DNA from: Ilumatobacteraceae bacterium
Lineage (GTDB): Bacteria > Actinomycetota > Acidimicrobiia > Acidimicrobiales > Ilumatobacteraceae
DNA: 64,000 bases
Assembly: GCA_963741875.1 (NCBI GenBank)
Contig: CAVUJO010000004.1
Span: 157,354 to 221,353, forward strand
Reading direction: 5' to 3'
How positions within the stretch are numbered: the stretch's first letter is position 1; every line of letters starts with the position of its first letter. The translations under genes and the position numbers were made by a program. The notes beneath the pieces were generated by a model. The model had not been told where the DNA came from. It saw only the letters and a list, made by a program, of their open reading frames with translations, and made no database searches. Positions 19,080 to 28,181 of this stretch are shown in pieces.

Positions 19080-20572
19080 GTGGTCTCCTTGCTCGACTGG
19101 CGGGGTGTGGGCCCAGCGAGGCTGGCCCAGAGGTAATGGACGGCGTACGACCTCCACGGTGCCCACTGCGACGATTCGCCGACGTCGACGCCCAGGTGCT
19201 CGAGGGCATGGCGCACGCCGAGATCGTTGGTCAGGAAGGTGTCCGGGTGTCCGAGACCGCGCATCACGACGTAGTCAGCGGTCCACGGACCAATTCCCTT
19301 GAGCGCGAGCAGTTGGTGATGAGCAACGGCGGGGTCGCTGCCAACGTCGAGTTCGACATCTCCGTTGGCGACCGATGCGGCGAGACGTCGAATGGTGTCG
19401 ATTCGAGCGCGGGGCATGGAGAACGCTGTGTCGGGGGCGGCGGCGAGTTCGCCGGGTCGGGGGAAGACGTGCGTCACCTCACCGAACGGAACAGGTAGCT
19501 GGCGCCCGGCGGCCCGGACGATACGCCCCGCGACAGTCCGCGCCCCGGCAACCGACACCTGCTGGCCGATCACGGCCCGCAGCGCTGTTTCGTACGGGTC
19601 GACGCTCGCCGGGGCACGGCGCCCGGGTACCGCAGCAACGAGCTCGCCAAGGATGGCATCCGACCCCAACGCGGCGTCGACGGCGGCTGGGTCGCCGTCG
19701 AGGTCGAGAAGTCGGCGGATGCGCTGGACGGCGGCGCCGAGGTCGGCCCACGTCGACAACTCGAGTCGAGCGGCGACGTGATCGGCATGGCCGACGAGTT
19801 CGATGACGCCGACACCACCGGGCAGATCGAGCGATCGACGATACGTCACACCATCCCATGACTCGACGCCCGGGATTGCTCGCTCACCGATGAACGCCAT
19901 CACCTCGTGCGATGCGAATGGCTCCCTCACCGCGAGCCGGATCGCCACGGCCACGCTCGTGCCAGTGGACGCCGTCATCTCCCCCAGAGACGTCGTTGTC
20001 GGGCCACGGCGATTCGCCGCGCGGAGTTCGCTCGGCGACGTGGCGAAGACCTCGCGCATCGTGTCGTTGAACTGTCGAACGCTGCCGAACCCTGCTGCGA
20101 AGGCGACGTCGGTCAGGCTGAGCGACGTGGTCTCGACGAGCAGACGGGCGGTGTGCGCTCGCTGGGCTCTCGCCACTGCGAGGGGACCGGCGCCGAGCTC
20201 GTCGGTGAAGACGCGATTGAGATGGCGCTCGCTGTAACCGAGCCGTCGGGCGAGTCCGCCAACACCCTCGCGTTCGACGATGCCATCGGCGATGAGACGC
20301 ATGGCCCGAGCGACGACGTCCTGGCGCGCGTTCCACTCCGGCGACCCCGGGGACGCATCGGGTCGACACCGCTTACATGCCCGGAAACCACGTTGCTGGG
20401 CGGCCGCTGCCGTCGGGTAGAAGTCGACGTTGGTCCGCTTCGGCGTGATCGCCGGACAACTGGGACGGCAATAGATCCCCGTCGTTCGGACGGCAGTGAC
20501 GAACCACCCGTCGAAACGACGATCGCGACTCTGCACGGCGACGTAGCACTGGTCGGAGTCGAGTGGCGGCAC
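19076..20572 (-). CDS. alkA: Ada N-terminal Zn domain / AraC HTH / AlkA 3-methyladenine glycosylase II fusion
   Basis: TTGIYCRPSCP...FRACKRCRPD (Ada Zn-Cys4), AraC-type HTH, AlkA_N and HhH-GPD (LKGIGPWTADYVVMRGLGHPD); GTG at 20572 (VPPLDSDQCYVAV) chosen; same fusion plus ogt operon as in mycobacteria. Confidence 0.85.
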   Translation of the reverse strand: MPPLDSDQCYVAVQSRDRRFDGWFVTAVRTTGIYCRPSCPAITPKRTNVDFYPTAAAAQQRGFRACKRCRPDASPGSPEWNARQDVVARAMRLIADGIVEREGVGGLARRLGYSERHLNRVFTDELGAGPLAVARAQRAHTARLLVETTSLSLTDVAFAAGFGSVRQFNDTMREVFATSPSELRAANRRGPTTTSLGEMTASTGTSVAVAIRLAVREPFASHEVMAFIGERAIPGVESWDGVTYRRSLDLPGGVGVIELVGHADHVAARLELSTWADLGAAVQRIRRLLDLDGDPAAVDAALGSDAILGELVAAVPGRRAPASVDPYETALRAVIGQQVSVAGARTVAGRIVRAAGRQLPVPFGEVTHVFPRPGELAAAPDTAFSMPRARIDTIRRLAASVANGDVELDVGSDPAVAHHQLLALKGIGPWTADYVVMRGLGHPDTFLTNDLGVRHALEHLGVDVGESSQWAPWRSYAVHYLWASLAGPTPRQSSKETT

Positions 20573-20637
20573 CCGACCATCATGCCTCGCGCACGCGCAG
20601 ACACCTGGCGGAAATCGGTCATCACGATCGACCTCAT

Positions 20638-20689
20638 CGTTTGCGTTGCAACTCCGGTGGGACGGGCCGCCCGAAGTGCAACGCAAACG
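20638..20689. repeat. 52-nt palindromic element, copy A
   Basis: CGTTTGCGTTGCA...GGTGGGACGG...TGCAACGCAAACG; 13-bp perfect terminal inverted repeat; about 80 percent identical to copies at 22116 and 22190. Confidence 0.85.
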
Positions 20690-20693
20690 TGAT

Positions 20694-20778
20694 GTGGGTG
20701 TGGTGTTGGTGCGGTGTGGTGTTGGTGCGGTGTGGTGTTGGTGCGGTGTGGTGTTGGTGCGGCGTGGTGTGGTGGTGC
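20694..20778. repeat. 16-nt tandem repeat (GTGTGGTGTTGGTGCG), 4 perfect copies plus degenerate flanks
   Basis: Perfect units at 20698, 20714, 20730, 20746; unit length is not a multiple of 3; intergenic between the MFS stop and ada/alkA. Confidence 0.9.
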
Positions 20779-20785
20779 TTGCGGG

Positions 20786-22045
20786 TCAGTCGCCGGCGAC
20801 GGGTGTGTATGGCGCCGGCGCGTGGTGCGAGGGGCCCGCATCGGGAGATCCGGCCGGTACGAGCTTGAATCGCAACAGGTAGAGCCCGATGAGGCAGGCC
20901 ACGACACCGCCGAAGAACCCGCTCTGCTTGCCGACCACTTGGGCGAAGCCGCCGATGAACAATCCGCCGAACACCGAGCCGACCTCGAAGAACATCGTGA
21001 ACGAGCTGATCGCCCACGCACGGTCGCTGTCGCTCGCCCGGTTGACCGTGAGCGCGAGCAGCGACGGATAGTTGAACGCCATGCCGATGCCGACGAAGAC
21101 CGACGCAACCCACAGTGCCGCCACCGTCGGCACGGCCACCAGGATCGACAGGCCGATCGCCAATGTCCCGAGTGCAATGGTGACCGCCCGGCGCGGACCG
21201 AGCCGCTCCGGCAGCGTCGCACCGAAGATCCGCACGAGTACCGATGTGAGCGAGTACGCGGCGAACAGCCCGCCGGAGGTGGCCAGGCCGACCTCACGCG
21301 AATACTCGGGGATGAATGCGCCGAACGTCGAGAACGCCGCAACACCCGAGGCCAGCACGACGCCGGGCATCACCGCTGCCGGGTGCATGATCCTGCGGCG
21401 CCCCGACGCCGACGCCGCAGAAGCGATCGTGTCGTCGACCGCATCGAGCGGTTCGACCCGTGCGGGCGCGAACAGCGCAACGACCGCAGCGACCAGGGCG
21501 AACATTCCAGCGACGACGAATGCCTGCTCGAAACGGGTGTCGTCCAGCACGAACTCACCGATGATCGGACCGACACCGATGCCTCCGAACACGGCGACCG
21601 AGAAGTAGCTCGCCCCTTCAGCCCGGCGATCACGTGGCGAGAGGTCGGCGATCAGGGTGGCCGCGCCGACGAACACGGCGGCCTCGCCGATCCCCATCAC
21701 GCTTCGCATCAGGAGCAACTGCCAGAACTCGGTGACCTGGCTCGATGCGATCCCGGCAAGTCCAGCGACCGTGGAGCCGCCGACGAGCAACACGCGTCGT
21801 CCGTAGCGATCAGCGATACGACCGAGGAACGGCCGGGCAATGATTGCCGCCAATGCGAACACCGCGATCGTGAGTCCGATTCCGAACTCGCCCCGCTCGA
21901 GCGGGCCCTCGATGAACAACGGCACGATCGGGATCAACATCCCGATGTAGATGAAGAAGACGAGCGCCGTGGCGGTGACGATCACGAACGGCCGCGTCAG
22001 CAGACGCACCGGCTCCTGACCCCGTGTGTTCGTCACCGTCGACAT
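20786..22045 (-). CDS. MFS transporter
   Basis: 12 hydrophobic segments, GRIADRYGRR motif between TM2/TM3; ATG 22045 (MSTVTNTRG). Confidence 0.85.
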   Translation of the reverse strand: MSTVTNTRGQEPVRLLTRPFVIVTATALVFFIYIGMLIPIVPLFIEGPLERGEFGIGLTIAVFALAAIIARPFLGRIADRYGRRVLLVGGSTVAGLAGIASSQVTEFWQLLLMRSVMGIGEAAVFVGAATLIADLSPRDRRAEGASYFSVAVFGGIGVGPIIGEFVLDDTRFEQAFVVAGMFALVAAVVALFAPARVEPLDAVDDTIASAASASGRRRIMHPAAVMPGVVLASGVAAFSTFGAFIPEYSREVGLATSGGLFAAYSLTSVLVRIFGATLPERLGPRRAVTIALGTLAIGLSILVAVPTVAALWVASVFVGIGMAFNYPSLLALTVNRASDSDRAWAISSFTMFFEVGSVFGGLFIGGFAQVVGKQSGFFGGVVACLIGLYLLRFKLVPAGSPDAGPSHHAPAPYTPVAGD

Positions 22046-22115
22046 CCCGTCAATCCTGCCGAACCACACGCCCCGTCCCGCAACCGGATACCGCCCAGGA
22101 CCGATGTCACAACCA

Positions 22116-22263
22116 CGTGTGCGTTGCACATCGGGTGGGACGGGTCACCCAAACCGCCACGCAAACGTCGATTCGGGGTCGGTCAGATGCGTTTGCGTTG
22201 CACATCGGGTGGGACGGATCACCCAAACCGCCACGCAAACGTCGATTCGGGGTCGGTCAGATG
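22116..22263. repeat. 74-nt tandem duplication, each unit = 52-nt palindromic element + 22-nt spacer
   Basis: 22116-22189 and 22190-22263 differ at 2 positions by eye; the second unit overlaps the transglutaminase stop codon (22257-22259). Confidence 0.9.
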
Positions 22264-23144
22264 CGGGCGACGTCAACCGAGACCGACAGCGACTGGTTCG
22301 ACGACGGTCCGACCACGACGCCTCGCACGGGCGCCACGTCGGCGTAGTCCCGACCCCACCCGATGGTCACGTGACGAGCTGGCGCCACGATGCCATTGGT
22401 CGGGTCGAAATCCAGCCAGCCGTGGTCGGGAACCCACACCGAGCACCACGCATGCGATGCGTCCGCCCCGATCGTCTTCGGCTCACCGGGAGGCGGCTCG
22501 GTCTCGATGTACCCGCTGACGTACCGAGCGGCGAGCCCCATCGTGCGCAGCGCTCCGACAGCGAGGTGCGCAAAGTCCTGACAGACGCCGCGCCGGTCAC
22601 CGAGCACGGCGTCGAGCGGCGAACTCACCTCGGTGAACGACGAATCGAAGATGAACGTCTCGAAGATCTCCGAACAGAGCCCGGTCGTCGCGTCGACGAT
22701 GCCGCGCCCGGGCGTGAACGACGACGAGGCGAGCGCGAACAACTCGAGCCGGTTCGCGTCGATCGTCACGAAACGCGACGCCGAGACGAACGGTGCCACA
22801 TCGAGCGCCGTCGGCCCCCGCATCCCGGAGACGGAGGCGCTCACTCGCTCCCACGCCACGTCCGCACGCGGCAGTTCCTGAGCCCAGATCCGTGCCTCGG
22901 TGACGGCTTCGACGACGAGACCATCGTGCGGTTGGTGGAGTCCGAACTGCACGACGCGGTTGCCGAACACATCGGTACGTTCGTCGTACTCGTCCGGCTC
23001 CGGATAGGTCGTGACCACCGACGACGCCACCGTCTGCGAGGGCGTCGAACGGGCCAGCACGCACGCAACGCTGTAGCCGTCGAGCATCGTCGTGCCGTAC
23101 TCGTACTCGGTGCGATGCACCACGCGATAGCGCTGGCCCGGCAC
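22257..23144 (-). CDS. transglutaminase-like family protein (Bact_transglu_N plus transglutaminase core)
   Basis: YRVVHRTEYEY N-terminal signature; Cys-His-Asp core GVCQDFAH...SHAWCSVW...DFDPTNG; GTG 23144 one nt after upstream stop. Confidence 0.85.
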   Translation of the reverse strand: MPGQRYRVVHRTEYEYGTTMLDGYSVACVLARSTPSQTVASSVVTTYPEPDEYDERTDVFGNRVVQFGLHQPHDGLVVEAVTEARIWAQELPRADVAWERVSASVSGMRGPTALDVAPFVSASRFVTIDANRLELFALASSSFTPGRGIVDATTGLCSEIFETFIFDSSFTEVSSPLDAVLGDRRGVCQDFAHLAVGALRTMGLAARYVSGYIETEPPPGEPKTIGADASHAWCSVWVPDHGWLDFDPTNGIVAPARHVTIGWGRDYADVAPVRGVVVGPSSNQSLSVSVDVARI

Positions 23145-23145
23145 G

Positions 23146-25529
23146 TCAGCCCCGTCCCATCATCCGAGGGTCGACCGGCGCTGCCAGGTACGACCCGACC
23201 ACGTCTCGTGCCAACCGGTCGCAACCTTCGAAGACCTCGGAGAGCACGGCAGCTGTCGACTCGACGGACTCGAACGATGCCCGCTCGATCTTCGCGAGCA
23301 ACTCGGTTGCCTCATCGACGCCACGTTCCCAGCCGAGTCGCCCGGCCTGATGCCGAACCTCACCAATCGCCGAGGCCACCGACCGCGGGTTGTGCGCCTC
23401 AGCCACGACGAGGTGCACCGCGGTCTCGAACTCGACATCGCTGCGGTGGCGGCGCCGATACGCGACGAGGCTCTCGTTCGAGGCGAGGATCAGTTCGATG
23501 ACCCGCTGACGCTGGAAGTCGAGTCGGTGATCATCGATGTCCCCAGCGGTCCACGACGTCTCGACCAACGGGTCGTCTCGATACAGCCCGAACGCGCCGC
23601 GCACGCCGTCGATCACCGCGAAGGCTCGCTCGAGTCGGCGGCCGACTTCGCCGAAACGCCACGCCGGTCCGTGCACGACGCTCTCGTTCCAGAGCCCGAC
23701 GAGCGAGGCGAGATCGACGAGGATCGTCTCGAGGGTCCGCCCGTCGATGCGGGCGATGTCCACCACGGACGGGTCGGGAGCACCGTCCTCGGTCACCATC
23801 CAGCGCAATTGCGCCGCGACTCGGCGAGACGGGCGAGCATGCGGCCGGCCGTCGTCGAGAAGAACTCGCGCACCGACGACGCCTCGGCCAGGAAGGAACC
23901 CAACTGCTTGGCCAAGGCCTCGACCCCCGAGGCAAACGTGGCGCCGGCGCGCCCCGAGGGCCCCACCACAACCGGTACGCCCGCGACAGCCGCCAACATG
24001 TCGAGACCGTGTTCGACCCACGGCTCGGCAACCTCGCTGTCGACGAGTCCACTCGTCCGGTCGAGCACGACCTCCATCGAGCGTGCGAGCACCTCGGAGC
24101 GCTCCATCGCCCGACCTGCCCAGAACAGCGCCTCGGCCGCGCGCGTCGGCACCGAGGCGATCAGATCGACCTGCGGCAGCGGGTCGCGTCGACGCAACAT
24201 CGGCGGCGCAACGGTGCCACCGATGACCCAGACGTCCTTGGCGGTCGCTGCCGTCGGCCGGATCGGGTCGTCACCTGGAAGCATCACGCGGGCGCTCCCG
24301 CCCTGGAGCACGTCGATGCCCTTGTCGCTCGCGACGAGGTGGAGACGAAGCGTGATCGCACGTTCGACGAGCCCGGTGCCGTCGTAGCTGGGCCAGGTGC
24401 TCCAGGTTCGCTCGGCACGCTCCGCTGCCGACATGAACGGCAGCGGCCACACGCCCTGATAGTCGGACGTCCGGCCGGTGAGCCATGCTCCTGCGGCATC
24501 CCAGTGCTCGCCGAGCACCGGGTCCTCGAGGACGCCGCTCCCGTGTGCGTTGGCCAAGTTGACGCCGAGCGATCGGGCAGCGAGCAGCAGTCCGGGAACG
24601 CCGGCGCTGCCCTGCGCGTTCACCTCCATCGGATCGATCCGGTCGTCTTCCAGTCGGCGGAAGATCACATCGATCGGCTCCAGGCCCGACAGCGACCGCA
24701 GCCAGACGCGGCGCTGGCGCACCACGAGATCGGCGCCCTCGGCGAGGTTGAGACCGAGACGGGTTGCCAGGTACGACTGCTCGACGAACGAGGCGTGATC
24801 GACCCCACCGGACAGCACGACGATGCGAGGATTGCGACTGAATGCCACGTCGGCGAGACCGTCGCGCAGGCGATCGGCAAACGGGTCGAGTGAGCGCAGC
24901 GCCCGTCCCGCCGGCAACTGCGAGATCGTGTCGCGATGGACTCGGCCGGCGACCGCACGACCCAGCAACGCGTAGCCGACCCCGGCCGGTGCATCGGTGA
25001 GATCGCGCACGACCCGCCAGCGACCGTCGACGTCGCGGACGACGTCGACGGCGTAGTTCGTGAGCCATCGACGATGGGGGCGTTGTCCGAACGCTGCCAA
25101 GCGGTAGTGCGGGCTCCCCCACAACTCCACCGGGTCGACGACGGCATCGGTCAGCAAGCTCCTGGCGCCGTAGAGATCGTCCACGATCGCCTCGAGCATC
25201 CGCATCCTCGCGATCGCACCGTCGGCAAGCGCGACGAACTCGTCACCGTCGATCACCAAGGGGATCGGGTCGAGCCGCCACGGTCGCGATTCGAGCGCCA
25301 CCATTCGACCGTCCGCGCGCAGCGGGAGGTCGTGGACGATGTGGCCCGCTCCCTCTGCCGCCAGCAAGCGATCGTGGTCGACCTGTCGGGTGCCGAGATC
25401 AGCGAGACCAGCGATCGAGCGCATCAGCGCGACTGCGTCGAGACCCCCAGCGCTCGCCATGGCCGAGGGTGGCGTGCCCGTGGGCGCGTCACGAGCAGAT
25501 TCGAGGTCGGGGTCGAAGTGGTCGGTCAT
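23146..25529 (-). pseudogene. circularly permuted ATP-grasp fused to alpha-E domain (Rv2567-like), split by an apparent 1-nt frameshift at about 23800-23825
   Basis: ORF 23793..25883 (start ATG 25529, MTDHFDPD) carries the ATP-grasp part and alpha-E motifs 1-2 (ALFWAGRAMERSE; SVREFFSTTAGRMLARLAE). ORF 23146..24021 in another frame continues with alpha-E motifs 3-4 (GPAWRFGEVGRRLERAF). Either a real disruption or an assembly indel. Confidence 0.75.
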
Positions 25530-25549
25530 TACATGCTGGCCCAGCGCGA

Positions 25550-26476
25550 TCAGTGGACGACGTACTGCTCGTGCATGACGCGGTTGAGCCGCGCCAGGGC
25601 GAGCTGCACCTCGTCCATGGCCGCGTCGAGGACCGCTCCGTCGTCGGCGGCTGGACGGCTCCGGCGCACTTGGCGATCGACGGCTTCGACCGCTCCGAGC
25701 ACCGTCGAGTACTCCGGCAGGCGCAGGATCGAGGTGCGCATCTCGGCGAGGCATCCCGCCACCGAACGCGGGAATCGGTGATCGAACAACAGGAACCGGA
25801 CCACCGTCGGACCGTCGATGTGCCCGCGGGTTGCGCGCTGATACATCTGCAGCGCCGACAGCGAGCGCAACACACCCATCCACTGCACCTCGGCGAACTC
25901 ATCGACCGATCCGGGCGGCTGCGCGAGGAGCGCCGCGGCGCGGACACCGAGCACGCGCGTGGTCATGTCGGCGCGTTCGATGTAGCGGCCGAGTCGCCAC
26001 ATCTCGAACACTTCGTCGCGCGTCATCGTCGACTGGACGACGCCATCGAGGCGGCGGCTCTCGTCGATCACTCGGGCCAGGAACCGATCCCGGCGCCGGC
26101 GCTCGACCGACGTGACCGCCGCGCCGCGCACGTAGATCGAGAGGTCGTTGACGGTCTGCCACGCCTCGCGAGGCAACACTTCGCGACAGGTCCGCAGATT
26201 CTCCCGACACTGCTCGACGGCGTTGACGATGCTGTTCGGATGCTCTCGATCGGCGATCAGGAACTGAGCGACCTGACTCTCGTCGGATCCGACCACCGGC
26301 GGCAGCGTGACGTCGCTGCCCGAGATGCTCACGAGTGGGCTCCAACGCGACGACGTCGTCGGCAGGTCGGCGAGCACGTCGCCATAGGCGCGAAGCACTC
26401 GAGCGGAATCCTCGGCGCGCTCGATGTAGCGCGCCGCCCAGTACATCCGGTCGGCAACCCGCGACAGCAACGACAT
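25550..26476 (-). CDS. alpha-E domain protein
   Basis: MSLLSRVADRMYWAARYIERAED..., RLGRYIERADMTTRVL; ATG 26476 in ATGA overlap with upstream stop, GGGGGTGAG RBS. Confidence 0.85.
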   Translation of the reverse strand: MSLLSRVADRMYWAARYIERAEDSARVLRAYGDVLADLPTTSSRWSPLVSISGSDVTLPPVVGSDESQVAQFLIADREHPNSIVNAVEQCRENLRTCREVLPREAWQTVNDLSIYVRGAAVTSVERRRRDRFLARVIDESRRLDGVVQSTMTRDEVFEMWRLGRYIERADMTTRVLGVRAAALLAQPPGSVDEFAEVQWMGVLRSLSALQMYQRATRGHIDGPTVVRFLLFDHRFPRSVAGCLAEMRTSILRLPEYSTVLGAVEAVDRQVRRSRPAADDGAVLDAAMDEVQLALARLNRVMHEQYVVH

Positions 26477-28005
26477 CAGCTCACCCCCGACTGGCGCTGC
26501 GTCTGCGTCCCCGACTGCGTCTGCGTCTGCGTCTGCGTCTGGGACTGAGCCGGCTGGTGGCCGGAGGGGTGGTTCGAATCGACGATCCACGTGTCCTTGC
26601 TGCCGCCACCCTGGGATGAATTGACCACGAGCGATCCCTTCGTCAGCGCCACCCGCGTCAATCCCCCGGCGGTGACGTAGCTGTGTTCACCGGTGAGGAT
26701 GAACGGTCGCAGATCGAGGTGCCTCGGCTCGATCCCATCCTCGACGAGCGTCGGACCGGTCGAGAGGTCGAGGATCGGTTGCGCCACCCAGTTGCGGGGG
26801 TCGGCACGAATCGACTCGGCCGCCGCCTCGAGTTCCTCGGCGGTCGCACGGCTTCCGATCACGATGCCGTAGCCACCACTCTCGTTGGCCGGCTTGAGCA
26901 CGAGTTCTGCCAGGTTCGCGAGGACGAAGTCACGTTCGTCGTCATACATGCATCGATACGTCGGAACGTTCGGGATCAACGGCTCCTCGTCCAAGTAGTA
27001 CCGGATCATGTCCGGCACCCACGCGTAGACGACCTTGTCGTCGGCCACGCCGGCGCCGGGCGCGTTCGCGATCCCGACGTTGCCGGCCTTCCACGCCCGC
27101 ATCAGGCCGGCAACGCCGAGCATCGAGTCGGGCAGGAAGACCTCCGGATCGATGAAGAGATCGTCGATGCGCCGATAGATGACGTCGACTCGCTCCAAAC
27201 CCTGGATCGTCTTCATGTACACACAGTCGTCGTCACCGACGACGAGATCCTGACCCTCCACGAGTTCGGCACCCATCCGCTGCGCGAGAAACGAGTGCTC
27301 GAAGTACGCAGAGTTGAAGATGCCAGGTGTGAGCACAGCGATGCACGGATCGTTGCGACCATCCGGAGCGAGCGACGACAACAGCCGGTTCAGCTCGTCG
27401 GTGTAGGCGTCGACCGGTCGGATGCGATAACGCTGGAACAGCTCCGGAAACGTCCGCTTCGCGACGCCCCGGTTCTCGAGCACGTAGCTCACGCCGGACG
27501 GCACCCGCAGGTTGTCCTCCAGCACGTAGAGCTGGCCGTCACCAGCGCGCACGAGGTCGGAGCCCGAGATGTGCGCCCACACTCCGAACTTGGGGTGAAC
27601 GCCCTGACACTCGGCTCGGTAGTTGGCCGAATCGTCGAGCAGGTCGGCGGGGAACACCCCGTCGGCGATGATTCGTCGATCGTTGTAGATGTCGTCGATG
27701 AAGTGGTTCAACGCTCGCAATCGCTGCGCCAGACCTCGCTCGACGACGCTCCACTCACTGCCGTCGATCAGGCGCGGAATGATGTCGAACGGCCAGGCCC
27801 GATCGATGTTCTCTCCGTCGGAATACACCGTGAACGAGATGCCCATCGTGAGGATCTCGAGGTCGGACACGCGCTGGCGTTCTCGGACTTCGTCGATCCC
27901 GATCCGATGCAGGAGATCGATCAGCTCGCCCGCGATCGGTCGAGGGCTCCCGTCGTCCTCCAGCAGTTCGTCCACGTCGCCGACCGTACCTGGATCCCGG
28001 ACCAC
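26476..28005 (-). CDS. circularly permuted type-2 ATP-grasp protein (Rv2411c-like)
   Basis: Conserved blocks FTVYSDGENIDRAWPFDIIPR, LEDNLRVPSGVSY, VIYRRIDD, GNVGIANAPGAGVADDK, LKPANESGGYG; GTG 28005 chosen (alternative GTG 27975); C-terminal Gln/Thr repeat tail. Confidence 0.8.
   Translation of the reverse strand: MVRDPGTVGDVDELLEDDGSPRPIAGELIDLLHRIGIDEVRERQRVSDLEILTMGISFTVYSDGENIDRAWPFDIIPRLIDGSEWSVVERGLAQRLRALNHFIDDIYNDRRIIADGVFPADLLDDSANYRAECQGVHPKFGVWAHISGSDLVRAGDGQLYVLEDNLRVPSGVSYVLENRGVAKRTFPELFQRYRIRPVDAYTDELNRLLSSLAPDGRNDPCIAVLTPGIFNSAYFEHSFLAQRMGAELVEGQDLVVGDDDCVYMKTIQGLERVDVIYRRIDDLFIDPEVFLPDSMLGVAGLMRAWKAGNVGIANAPGAGVADDKVVYAWVPDMIRYYLDEEPLIPNVPTYRCMYDDERDFVLANLAELVLKPANESGGYGIVIGSRATAEELEAAAESIRADPRNWVAQPILDLSTGPTLVEDGIEPRHLDLRPFILTGEHSYVTAGGLTRVALTKGSLVVNSSQGGGSKDTWIVDSNHPSGHQPAQSQTQTQTQTQSGTQTQRQSGVS
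26497..26541. repeat. (CTGCGT)n hexanucleotide repeat in coding sequence
   Basis: 2 + 4.5 units separated by CCCCGA; encodes the QTQTQTQTQ tail of the ATP-grasp protein. Confidence 0.85.
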
Positions 28006-28025
28006 GAACCACGTCCACCCATTTC

Positions 28026-28076
28026 CTTCTCGTGAACTCGTGCGGGAACAGTCCCCGCACGAGTTCACGGGAACGG
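28026..28076. repeat. 51-nt hairpin element, copy 1
   Basis: CTTCTCGTGAACTCGTGCGGG-AACAGTC-CCCGCACGAGTTCACG-G-GAACGG; 16-bp perfect stem. Confidence 0.9.
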
Positions 28077-28181
28077 ACGATGGATCGCTGATCACACGAC
28101 GGTGAATACACTCCGCCGAACGGGGGTTCCCGCTCGGTCGACATCGGCCCGGATGCAGGAACCAAACCGGAGGGAGCCTCG

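Noticed and set aside
20573-20686. Longer Ada/AlkA N-terminus starting at 20686 (MRCTSGGPSHRSCNAN...)
   Set aside because: That extension is the translation of palindromic element copy A. The Ada Zn-domain alignment begins near GTG 20572.
18470-22263. Possible CRISPR arrays (tandem units at 18470-18620, 20694-20778, 22116-22263, 59426-59590)
   Set aside because: The units are contiguous or separated by identical spacers. There are no unique spacers of CRISPR size and no cas genes in the window. One array is in-frame coding sequence.
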